Positions 28,574 through 36,516 of a DNA stretch of 64,000 nt are shown here, piece after piece. Origin of the DNA: Spirochaetia bacterium. Its GTDB lineage: Bacteria; Spirochaetota; Spirochaetia; UBA9216. The stretch covers positions 4,064,001 through 4,128,000 of the forward strand of contig OY776510.1 of the NCBI GenBank assembly GCA_963675665.1. Reading direction: 5' to 3'. The position numbers and the translations under genes were made by a program. The notes beneath the pieces were generated by a model, which saw only the letters and a program-made list of their open reading frames with translations, did no database searches and had not been told where the DNA came from. Numbering within the stretch: the stretch's first letter is position 1; every line of letters starts with the position of its first letter.

Positions 28574-29550
28574 TGACTGATATTGTTGTTTTTACCGGAG
28601 AGGAAAACGATTTAATCCTGACCATTCTCGATATTATCAGAATGAAAAAACCTGAAGAAGCGGAATATATAACAGGAAGGTATACTTCTCTTCAGGACCT
28701 GGCAAAAACCGTTTCAAGCTATCCGTCTTTTCATAGCACACGGACAATAGGCAATTCAACTTTTTCAATGGAGTCTCTGATTACAATGATCTGCAAAATG
28801 GATTTCGCAGATCAGCTTATGTACGTCCCGACAAAAGTAATTCTCGGCCGCAGTTTTGTTGTGGCGAAAATCAACTTCATACTGATGCTGAAATACGAGG
28901 CGGATTCAATACGAAAACTGAAAAAATATACCTCGCAAATTGAGGAACTTGTAACATTGAATATCTTTGCCCTTATGAGCGAAGAGGTTTACCTCTCGCT
29001 TATTCAGGAGGAGGATATCGACATGGAGATTAAAACACGCGCGGCCGTCAGGCTGATGAATATATGGGAATACCGGCTGAGCCAGTCGGCGGAAGATTAT
29101 GCTCCCATGCTGAGCTCTTTGTGGAAATCGCGAAAACATCTCTCTCCGATATACGGAACAATGATGGGAATGACGGAAATGCTCCAGATGGCAAAAAATA
29201 TTGATCCGGTATGGTTCGATTTTTTAGGCAACTCCGGCAATGACGAGAGCGTATTTCAGGCGCTTGAGGAATTTCTGTTCAATCTTACATATGAAGAACT
29301 TAACAGTGTTCGTGAGATGATGCATGAAAAAAACATCTCCGCCATAAATAAAAAAAACATTGAAAATTTACTTCATATTGATCATTTCTACTCGACGTTC
29401 CAGGGTGCCGATCCCCGTGAAATGCTTCGGTTTTTCAAGCAACGCAAAAAAAACGCAATTTACCGTAATCGGGCCAGGGTTGCCGGTCCCGTAAAAACAA
29501 TTGAGGAACATATTCTTCTGTTCATGCTTAAACGCGAACAGAAAGCATAA
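28573..29550 (+). CDS. Hypothetical alpha-helical protein
   Basis: 325-aa ORF coupled to DUF711 (TGATG overlap); no motif recognised. Confidence 0.75.
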   Translation: MTDIVVFTGEENDLILTILDIIRMKKPEEAEYITGRYTSLQDLAKTVSSYPSFHSTRTIGNSTFSMESLITMICKMDFADQLMYVPTKVILGRSFVVAKINFILMLKYEADSIRKLKKYTSQIEELVTLNIFALMSEEVYLSLIQEEDIDMEIKTRAAVRLMNIWEYRLSQSAEDYAPMLSSLWKSRKHLSPIYGTMMGMTEMLQMAKNIDPVWFDFLGNSGNDESVFQALEEFLFNLTYEELNSVREMMHEKNISAINKKNIENLLHIDHFYSTFQGADPREMLRFFKQRKKNAIYRNRARVAGPVKTIEEHILLFMLKREQKA

Positions 29551-29612
29551 CCGGAATACATGCACACTTCCCTTATTGCAGCACTGCCTTTCACTATGCT
29601 ATCCTCTTTTTT

Positions 29613-30077
29613 ATGAGAAGAAACAAGCAGGAAATTACCGATAAAAACGAGATAACTGAAATAATAAACAGGGCGTATACCGCAAGAATAGCAATAAACC
29701 GCGACGGAGCGCCGTACATTGTACCTATGAATTTCGGTTATGCCGACGAGACCTTTTATTTTCACTGTGCCGGCGAGGGCCTGAAAATTAATCTGTTGAA
29801 ATCAGATCCGCGCGTCTGTATTGAAATAGACGAATCGTCTTCTCTCGTAAAAGATTCCGAAGAAAAACCCTGCAGCTGGGGCGTAACATACCGTTCTGTA
29901 ATTGCTTCGGGTGCTGCCGAAATACTAACCGATTTCAATGAGAAAAAAGCAGCTCTGAACATAATCCTTTCCCATTTCACTGACGGGGAAATGCCGCCTA
30001 TGCAGGATTCTGCTGTCAGCGCAGTAACAGTATTCAGGGTAAAAGCTGAACAGCTCAGCGCAAAACGCTCAAACTGA
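29613..30077 (+). CDS. Pyridoxamine 5'-phosphate oxidase-like FMN-binding protein (NimA type)
   Basis: MRR..EI, PYIVPMNFGY, YFHCAGEG.K, YRSVI..G. Confidence 0.9.
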   Translation: MRRNKQEITDKNEITEIINRAYTARIAINRDGAPYIVPMNFGYADETFYFHCAGEGLKINLLKSDPRVCIEIDESSSLVKDSEEKPCSWGVTYRSVIASGAAEILTDFNEKKAALNIILSHFTDGEMPPMQDSAVSAVTVFRVKAEQLSAKRSN

Positions 30078-30589
30078 TGAACATTGTTCTTGTACACCCC
30101 CAGATTCCCCAGAATACGGGAAATATCGCCCGGACCTGTGCGGCAACGGGCGCCGCTCTTCATCTCGTAAAACCGCTGGGGTTTTCAACTGACGATAAAA
30201 GCCTGAAACGCGCCGGTCTTGACTACTGGGATCTGCTCGATGTCTTTTATCATAACAGCATAGACGACTTTATAGGCAGCGCAGATCAGGCCGGCGCCGC
30301 AGATTCCGGAATGTTTTTTTTTACAACAAAGGCCAAACGCTCATACCATGAAATGCAGTACACCGAGAAAAGCTGGCTTGTTTTCGGCAGCGAAACAACG
30401 GGGCTTCCTGAAGAGCTTCTTGTCGGAAACTCCAGCAATTGCTGCCGAATCCCGATGATAGAAGAATCCCGCTCGCTCAACCTTTCAAATTCAGCGGCGA
30501 TAGCCGTATATGAGGCCCTAAGGCAGACGGGTTTCGGAGGACTCAGTTCTGAAGGAGATCTTCACAGGCTGAACTGGCCTGAAATCTGA
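30077..30589 (+). CDS. trmL: tRNA (cytidine/uridine-34-2'-O)-methyltransferase TrmL
   Basis: PQIPQNTGNIARTC, KRAGLDYW, FGSETTGLP, RSLNLSNS. Confidence 0.95.
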   Translation: MNIVLVHPQIPQNTGNIARTCAATGAALHLVKPLGFSTDDKSLKRAGLDYWDLLDVFYHNSIDDFIGSADQAGAADSGMFFFTTKAKRSYHEMQYTEKSWLVFGSETTGLPEELLVGNSSNCCRIPMIEESRSLNLSNSAAIAVYEALRQTGFGGLSSEGDLHRLNWPEI

Positions 30590-30620
30590 AAAACAGCGGC
30601 AATCTCTTCTAAGCCGGCGG

Positions 30621-31496
30621 ATGAAACGGGCCGATTATTTTTATATGCAAATGCGAACAATTCTTTTTTTTACTGTACTTGCAGTCATTCTAACCGGCTG
30701 TTCCACACTCTCTCTGGAAATTTCCCGGGATACTGATGATTTTATGGAAAAATATGAGCAGGTCGGCAAAATTTCCGCTGAAAAAACATGCTGGAACTGG
30801 CTTTTTCTTAAAAGCAAAGAAGAACGCAGCACAGAGCTTAAAGATATTCTTACCGAAAAGGCCCGTAATGAATACGGCGAAGATGCTGTAATCAGCCTTG
30901 AAACAGCTGAAGGGCAATGGAGCCCTGCGTCGTTATTGATGCTGTTCAGCCTGCTGGGCTTTGTTGAGGAGGCTTCCATGGAGGCTGCAGTCTGGAAACC
31001 GGCGCCTGAAGGCGAACCGGAAATCTCCCCGGTTGAATACGGGTTCAGATATGCGGTCATACCCGATGAAAACTATGCAGATGAGACCGGCTTCATGATT
31101 GTCGAGTATAAAACACGGGACCAGCTTGTACAGGAACTTTCGACCCTGTTTGAGAATTCCGATATCGATGAAAATACATATAAAAAGAGACAATCCCGCC
31201 TTCCGGAGACGGGACAGATCTTTGTTACACTCGGGCGGGAAGAAATTACCAACGCTATCTCGCGATGGTTTACTTTCAGCTGCGTTTATAACGACAAAAC
31301 CTTATTCAGAAAAAAAGGTACAGAAGACATCCCGTACGTTTACGGGACCGACAAGTTCTGGTGGAATGATCTTAACTTCAAGGTAAACACCGAATGGGAA
31401 GGCAGACTGCGTTTTACTGTTGAAGACAATTATCGAAACGAAACATATTATTTCAGCATAGTCAGGGAGCGATACATAATCGAACCGGCTGAATAA
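30621..31496 (+). CDS. Hypothetical lipoprotein
   Basis: Lipobox ILTGC after a hydrophobic stretch; true start may be 30645 or 30651. Confidence 0.7.
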   Translation: MKRADYFYMQMRTILFFTVLAVILTGCSTLSLEISRDTDDFMEKYEQVGKISAEKTCWNWLFLKSKEERSTELKDILTEKARNEYGEDAVISLETAEGQWSPASLLMLFSLLGFVEEASMEAAVWKPAPEGEPEISPVEYGFRYAVIPDENYADETGFMIVEYKTRDQLVQELSTLFENSDIDENTYKKRQSRLPETGQIFVTLGREEITNAISRWFTFSCVYNDKTLFRKKGTEDIPYVYGTDKFWWNDLNFKVNTEWEGRLRFTVEDNYRNETYYFSIVRERYIIEPAE

Positions 31497-31535
31497 TAAA
31501 AAAAAGGACTGTTCCACTATCAAAACAGTCCCTTT
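31497..31535. terminator. Bidirectional intrinsic terminator
   Basis: A-tract, GGACTGTT-loop-AACAGTCC, CTTT; lies between convergent genes. Confidence 0.7.
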
Positions 31536-31551
31536 ATAGCAAAAACCGTAA

Positions 31552-32094
31552 TCAGCCTGCCAGCCTGATTCCCTCTGCAACCGCTTTCTCGTTAAGCGGA
31601 AGAAGCTTTTTCTTGTCTTCTCCGAAAACCTTCACGAATGCTCCAAGGAGATCCTGCTCATCAAGAAAACCTTTCTGTTTTATATAAGCGCCGAGCATAA
31701 CCATATTGGCTGCCTTTGCATTTCCGCATTCGGATGCAACCTCATTGACGGGATAATAATATGCCTCAACATCTTCCCTTTCTACCTTGCGATCAATAAG
31801 CGAAGAATTAACAAGTATCTTCCCTCCGGGTTTGACCCAGCTTTCAAATTTATCAAGGGATGGGCGGTTCATAACAATAAGCGTATCGGCCTCAGCAACA
31901 ACAGGGCTTCCAATAAGCTCGTCCGATACAATTACATTGCAGTTTGCAGTTCCTCCCCTCATTTCAGGACCATAGGACGGCAGCCAGCTGACGTTCATCC
32001 CCTTTACCATTCCTGCATATGCAACCATCCGGCCCATCGACAGTACACCCTGGCCTCCGAATCCTGCAAATATCACTTCTTCAGTAAATGCCAT
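31552..32094 (-). CDS. 2-oxoacid:ferredoxin oxidoreductase gamma subunit
   Basis: AGFGGQG, SYGPEMRGG, NMVMLGA; start reassigned to MAFTEE (32094). Confidence 0.92.
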   Translation of the reverse strand: MAFTEEVIFAGFGGQGVLSMGRMVAYAGMVKGMNVSWLPSYGPEMRGGTANCNVIVSDELIGSPVVAEADTLIVMNRPSLDKFESWVKPGGKILVNSSLIDRKVEREDVEAYYYPVNEVASECGNAKAANMVMLGAYIKQKGFLDEQDLLGAFVKVFGEDKKKLLPLNEKAVAEGIRLAG

Positions 32095-32095
32095 G

Positions 32096-32839
32096 CTACT
32101 TCTCCTCCGGTGTTTTAAAATTGCCGAGCGGGTAATAAGGAACCATCTTTTCATCAACCCAGCCCAAAGCATCAGCCGGAGTCATCCCCCAGTTGGTGGG
32201 GCATGTTGAGAGCACCTCTACAAGACTGAATCCTTTCCCGGCAGTCTGCACCTCAAAGGCCTTCTTTATAGCCTTTTTGGCTTTTCTGACGTTAGCAGGC
32301 TTATTTACCGCTACCCTTTCAATAAAGGCGGTACCGTCCAGTGTGGCCAGCATCTCGGCGACACGTATGGGATACCCCTGCAGTTCAACCGAGCGTCCGT
32401 AGGGCGATGTTGTTGCTTGCTGGCCGACCAGGGTTGTGGGAGCCATCTGTCCACCCGTCATACCGTATATTGCGTTATTCACGTAAATAATCGTGATATT
32501 CTCACCGCGGGCTGCGGCATGCACCGTTTCGGCGGTGCCTATTGCGGCGAGGTCTCCGTCGCCCTGGTATGTAAATACGGTGCGATCTTTCAATACCCGT
32601 TTTGCCCCGGTGGCAACGGCGGCTGCGCGTCCGTGTGAAGCCTGGTATGCATCACAATCGAAATAGTTATAGGTAAAAACCGAACAGCCGACCGAAGAAA
32701 CACAAACTGCGTCTTCAAGCAGTCCGAGTTCGACCAGCGACTCTGAAACAAGCCGGTGAATAATGCCGTGAGTACATCCCGGACAATAATGAAAGGGAAT
32801 ATCGTTAATACCCTCTGTTCTTTCGAAAACTACGCTCAT
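32096..32839 (-). CDS. 2-oxoacid:ferredoxin oxidoreductase beta (TPP-binding) subunit, Vor type
   Basis: YCPGCTHG, VGCS, HGRA, YQGDGD, NNAIYGMTGGQ, STCPTNW. Confidence 0.92.
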   Translation of the reverse strand: MSVVFERTEGINDIPFHYCPGCTHGIIHRLVSESLVELGLLEDAVCVSSVGCSVFTYNYFDCDAYQASHGRAAAVATGAKRVLKDRTVFTYQGDGDLAAIGTAETVHAAARGENITIIYVNNAIYGMTGGQMAPTTLVGQQATTSPYGRSVELQGYPIRVAEMLATLDGTAFIERVAVNKPANVRKAKKAIKKAFEVQTAGKGFSLVEVLSTCPTNWGMTPADALGWVDEKMVPYYPLGNFKTPEEK

Positions 32840-33897
32840 TTTGCACCTCCGAGAATCTCTTTAACCTTGTCCACAATTTCCACCGGTTTTGGGACTACCC
32901 CGCCCAGCCTGCCGTAAAATTCAACAGGCAGCCTGCCAGCATTGGCAATTTTAACATCATCAATCATCTGCCCCGCACTCATTTCCACAGTCAGAAATGC
33001 TTTTGTCTCGGGACTTATCTCGTTAAAAGCCTCAAAAGGAAACGGCCAGAGCGTAATCGGTCTGATAAGTCCCAGCCTAATTCCTTCCGATTCCAGTTTT
33101 TTTATTGCGTTTCGAACAATTCGCGATACAGTGCCGTAAGCAACCGCTACAATATCGGCCCCGTCGCAGTTGTATTTTTCGTAACGTACTTCCTTTTCTT
33201 TGATAACATCATATTTTCGAAAAAGTTTCTGAATATGCGGTTCCATTTCTTCGGGTTTTATATATAGGGAATTAATCAGTTTCTTGTCCCCGGGAACCCT
33301 GTGCGGTTGCACAGCCCAGTCTTTCTGAGGCAGGCTGCGTTTATCAGGCTCCTTGAATTCAACAGATTCCATCATCTGACCGATCATTCCGTCGCCGAGG
33401 ATAACAACCGGGGTCCTGTATGCATCGGCAACATTGAAAGCTTCCATCACGAGATCAACAGTTTCCTGAATACTCGCCGGTGCAAATACCGGGGTATAGT
33501 AATCCCCGTTTCCGCCGCCGCGGGTCGCCATAAAATAATCGCCCTGTGCCGGCTGGATTCCGCCCAGCCCGGGACTTGTTCTGCTCATGTTTACAATAAC
33601 ACACGGCAGTTCAGCTCCGCAAAGGTAAGATATACCTTCCTGCTTCAGCGCAATTCCGGGGCTTGAAGATGAGGTCATTACCCGTGCCCCGGCGCCTGAA
33701 GCCCCGTAGACCATATTTATTGCTCCTATCTCGCTTTCCGCCTGAAGAAACGTCCCGCCGTTTTTGGGCAGTTCTCTTGCCATGTATTCAGGCAGTTCAT
33801 TTTGCGGAGTAATAGGATAGCCGAAAAAATACTTGCATCCGGCTTTTATAGCGGCAGCACCCACCGCCTCATTTCCCTTCATCAGCAGTTTTGCCAT
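32836..33897 (-). CDS. vorB: 2-oxoisovalerate:ferredoxin oxidoreductase alpha subunit (VorB type)
   Basis: KGNEA, GYPITPQ, QAESE, SSSPG, PGLGGIQPAQGDY. Confidence 0.88.
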   Translation of the reverse strand: MAKLLMKGNEAVGAAAIKAGCKYFFGYPITPQNELPEYMARELPKNGGTFLQAESEIGAINMVYGASGAGARVMTSSSSPGIALKQEGISYLCGAELPCVIVNMSRTSPGLGGIQPAQGDYFMATRGGGNGDYYTPVFAPASIQETVDLVMEAFNVADAYRTPVVILGDGMIGQMMESVEFKEPDKRSLPQKDWAVQPHRVPGDKKLINSLYIKPEEMEPHIQKLFRKYDVIKEKEVRYEKYNCDGADIVAVAYGTVSRIVRNAIKKLESEGIRLGLIRPITLWPFPFEAFNEISPETKAFLTVEMSAGQMIDDVKIANAGRLPVEFYGRLGGVVPKPVEIVDKVKEILGGAK

Positions 33898-33909
33898 TTT
33901 ATTCCTCCT

Positions 33910-34125
33910 CTACAGCCTTTCCACTGTTATGACAAGATCAGGACACATCTGCGCGCAATTTCCGCAGCCTATGCATTCCTCCATCTTTTCTACTGTGGCG
34001 GGATTATATCCCTTCAGATTAATTTTATTTTTATTCAGAAAAATAATATTTTTGGGACAGGCTGTAATACAGAGACCGCAGCCCTTGCAGCTGTTTTCCC
34101 TGAAAGTAACTTTTCCACTTGCCAT
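33910..34125 (-). CDS. 2[4Fe-4S] ferredoxin (delta subunit)
   Basis: CKGCGLCITACP and CIGCGNCAQMCP; SD AGGAGG. Confidence 0.92.
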   Translation of the reverse strand: MASGKVTFRENSCKGCGLCITACPKNIIFLNKNKINLKGYNPATVEKMEECIGCGNCAQMCPDLVITVERL

Positions 34126-34177
34126 ATTTCCTCCTAATAAAAAGAATTCCAGCCATGGAAGGCTGGTGAGTTTGTAT

Positions 34178-34208
34178 GAAGTTTTGCATGCAAAGCATGT
34201 AAAACTTC
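34178..34208. repeat. 14-bp-arm inverted repeat upstream of the ferredoxin gene
   Basis: GAAGTTTTGCATGC-AAA-GCATGTAAAACTTC (1 mismatch); second hairpin CCAGCC-ATGGAA-GGCTGG at 34149-34166. Confidence 0.7.
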
Positions 34209-34241
34209 GAAAATATAAAAGAACAAGGATGTTCTTTTATA

Positions 34242-34922
34242 TTACGACATCCATTCATCCCGCATGAAAAGCTCAATCGGAAAAAAATTCTTTCTTATTT
34301 CTTCAGGAAGTTCATCCTCAAGCTTTTCAAGCCCTGCATTATATCTCAACGGAATCCCGGTCATTTCAGACACTTCAACCGACAAACTGTAACCCGAGAC
34401 AATATCAGCTGCGGTGGTAGATCTTAACATATGAGTATTATTTATTAAACCTGAAACCTTCAGTCCGCAGGTGTTTTCAAACGATTTTATATACTCAATA
34501 ATTTGTGCCGGACTTCGTGTTTCGGGACGATTTGCGTTTATTACAAGAAAAAAATCATATTCTTCCGGATTGGAAAAATGATCAGAAAATCTTTTAAGTA
34601 CGGCAATTCCGGCCCTGCCGCCGCCGGCATCTATAACAGCATCTGAATCATGACGGTCAAACACAGTATAGACCTCCGCAGATATTGCAGGAACATCTAT
34701 TAATGAAGTATTTACCGTATCTGCAACTACCCTGACACCGTGATCTTCAAGCATTCGTATTCGTTCCCGGCTTCTGAAATAGGGATTAATCACATCTATA
34801 TCTGCAAGAACGGGAGTCCGGCCGGTTTCAGCCAGTTTTACGGCATAATTAACCGCAAACTCCGTTTTTCCGCTTCCGTAATGCCCGGAAATTATTCGGA
34901 CTCTTCTGTCATTTTCTATCAA
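34242..34922 (-). CDS. P-loop ATPase of unknown function (vor-associated)
   Basis: GHYGSGKTEFAVN, DIDVINPYFRSRE, NANRP, NNTH; TTG start; promoter TTGCAT(35005-35000)-17-TAGAAT(34982-34977). Confidence 0.85.
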   Translation of the reverse strand: MIENDRRVRIISGHYGSGKTEFAVNYAVKLAETGRTPVLADIDVINPYFRSRERIRMLEDHGVRVVADTVNTSLIDVPAISAEVYTVFDRHDSDAVIDAGGGRAGIAVLKRFSDHFSNPEEYDFFLVINANRPETRSPAQIIEYIKSFENTCGLKVSGLINNTHMLRSTTAADIVSGYSLSVEVSEMTGIPLRYNAGLEKLEDELPEEIRKNFFPIELFMRDEWMS

Positions 34923-35161
34923 GCACTTACCTCAAGCTTCAACCGGACAGCATTCGGTTGCCGCCCGATACCGGACATTCTATCAGCAGGATGAAAAAAA
35001 TGCAAACATCGAAACGGGGTTATCAGCCATTCTGTTATCTGAAATCGGATATTAATGGTCATATAGCCTGTAAACATATGAAATAGTCCGTAAAAAACGA
35101 TTTTTTTGCCTTCAAAGCAGCCATATTGCAATACTTTATTTATTGTGAAGAGTTTTCATGC

Positions 35162-35190
35162 TTGACTATGTACGATAAATAATCTACGCT
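35162..35190 (+). promoter_or_regulatory. Sigma-70 promoter of the RRM gene, about 135-nt leader
   Basis: TTGACT-17 bp-TACGCT. Confidence 0.55.
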
Positions 35191-35331
35191 TGTATCAGAA
35201 AATCTGTTCTGTTTTATCTTCTATTTTTCTTGTCGTATTTGTTTTTCAGTCCTGACAGTAAAAGCATTTCAACTATCACAAGACATTTGAAGAAACTGCA
35301 AATCAGATTAAAAAATTTTCAGAGGATTTAA

Positions 35332-35604
35332 ATGGCAAAAACAATCTATGTGGGTAATCTTAATTACTCAACAACTGAAGAGGATCTTAATGAACTCTTC
35401 TCACAGTATGGCGAAGTTGAAAGCGTAAAACTGATCATGGATCGCGAAACTAATCGACCGAGAGGATTCGGATTTGTAGAAATGGTTGAAGAAGATGCTG
35501 CGACTGCCGCAGTTTCTATGCTCAACGACAAAGACTTTAAAGGCAGAAACCTTAGGGTCAATGAAGCCCGGGAGCGGGAACGCCGTCCAAGAAGAGAGTT
35601 CTAA
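35332..35604 (+). CDS. RRM (RNP-1) RNA-binding protein
   Basis: RNP2 IYVGNL, RNP1 RGFGFVEM, GRNLRVNEA. Confidence 0.95.
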   Translation: MAKTIYVGNLNYSTTEEDLNELFSQYGEVESVKLIMDRETNRPRGFGFVEMVEEDAATAAVSMLNDKDFKGRNLRVNEARERERRPRREF

Positions 35605-35714
35605 AACAACTTAAGCCCGCAGTGCGGTCAGTAGTTGTTTTTCCGGATTTCAGGTAACTCCTGCGGAAGCACCTGAATATTCATGATATAACATATCTTA
35701 ATTGGAAAATTTAG

Positions 35715-35748
35715 AGGGAATCGTCTGAACGGCCGATTCCCTTTTTTT
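35715..35748 (+). terminator. Intrinsic terminator
   Basis: AGGGAATCG-loop-CGATTCCCT followed by a T-run. Confidence 0.85.
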
Positions 35749-35837
35749 ATCCGGTTCTCCCGGTTTTTAAATAACACTTCAACACTTTCTAAAAAGTTGC
35801 TTAACAGATTTATAGCCCGACCATATTATTTTCATAA

Positions 35838-36047
35838 TATTCCGTTAACAGCGCTCATCATCAGATAATATCAATGCTGTCGGACTCGCTTACAGCTTCT
35901 GCTGTAAGCGAAGATGGAATAATAGAAGGGGTTGAATCATCAGGCTTCCGCTTTCTTGCCGGCATTCAATGGCATCCCGTGGTCCTCACCGGCAGGTATG
36001 CAATTCACCAGAATATATTCAACGCCTTCGTCACGGCGGCAAAATGA
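35838..36047 (+). pseudogene. C-terminal remnant of a peptidase C26/PuuD-like glutamine amidotransferase
   Basis: Hand translation: SVNSAHHQIISMLSDSLTASAVSEDGIIEGVESSGFRFLAGIQWHPVV...IFNAFVTAAK*. In-frame TAA at 35835; no N-terminal half; HPE is HPV. Confidence 0.8.
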
Positions 36048-36054
36048 ATTGAAA

Positions 36055-36432
36055 TTAAACCAGTTTATCAGCCCCTGAATAAACCGATTCTATCGCCACA
36101 GCAGCAGCTCCGTGCCCGGGATGCTGTTCAGGGTTCCAGCTCTTCATAAAATCAAAAACCGGCCCGTCTTCATAATACTCGACGCAGCCCTTTATCTGAT
36201 AGGCTTTTTTATCTTCGGTTATAAAAACAACAGAAGCCCTGCTGCCTGCCCTGATGTTCTTTATGGTTTTATCAAAATAATTATTTGCAACAACAATTTT
36301 GCTGTCGTCGTATAATCCGACACAGGTTGCATAAATTGAGTTGGGCGTTCCATCTGCATCCACAGTTGACAAAACTACTGCCCCGGCGCGTTTTTCCCAG
36401 TCTTTTTTTACTACTTCGGGCATTTCAGGCAT
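36055..36432 (-). CDS. Pyridoxamine 5'-phosphate oxidase-like FMN-binding protein
   Basis: LSTVDADGTPN, ANNYFDKT..NI, AYQIKG; SD AGGAG. Confidence 0.85.
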   Translation of the reverse strand: MPEMPEVVKKDWEKRAGAVVLSTVDADGTPNSIYATCVGLYDDSKIVVANNYFDKTIKNIRAGSRASVVFITEDKKAYQIKGCVEYYEDGPVFDFMKSWNPEQHPGHGAAAVAIESVYSGADKLV

Positions 36433-36516
36433 ATTCTTCTCCTAATATAGTGTGTATTAATTTTGTTAAGAATACATAATAATTCCATAAAAATCAATCG
36501 TCGACCAATGTTCTGA

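Noticed and set aside
34919-35131. 70-aa ORF upstream of the P-loop ATPase
   Set aside because: Spans the predicted promoter; no SD or motif.
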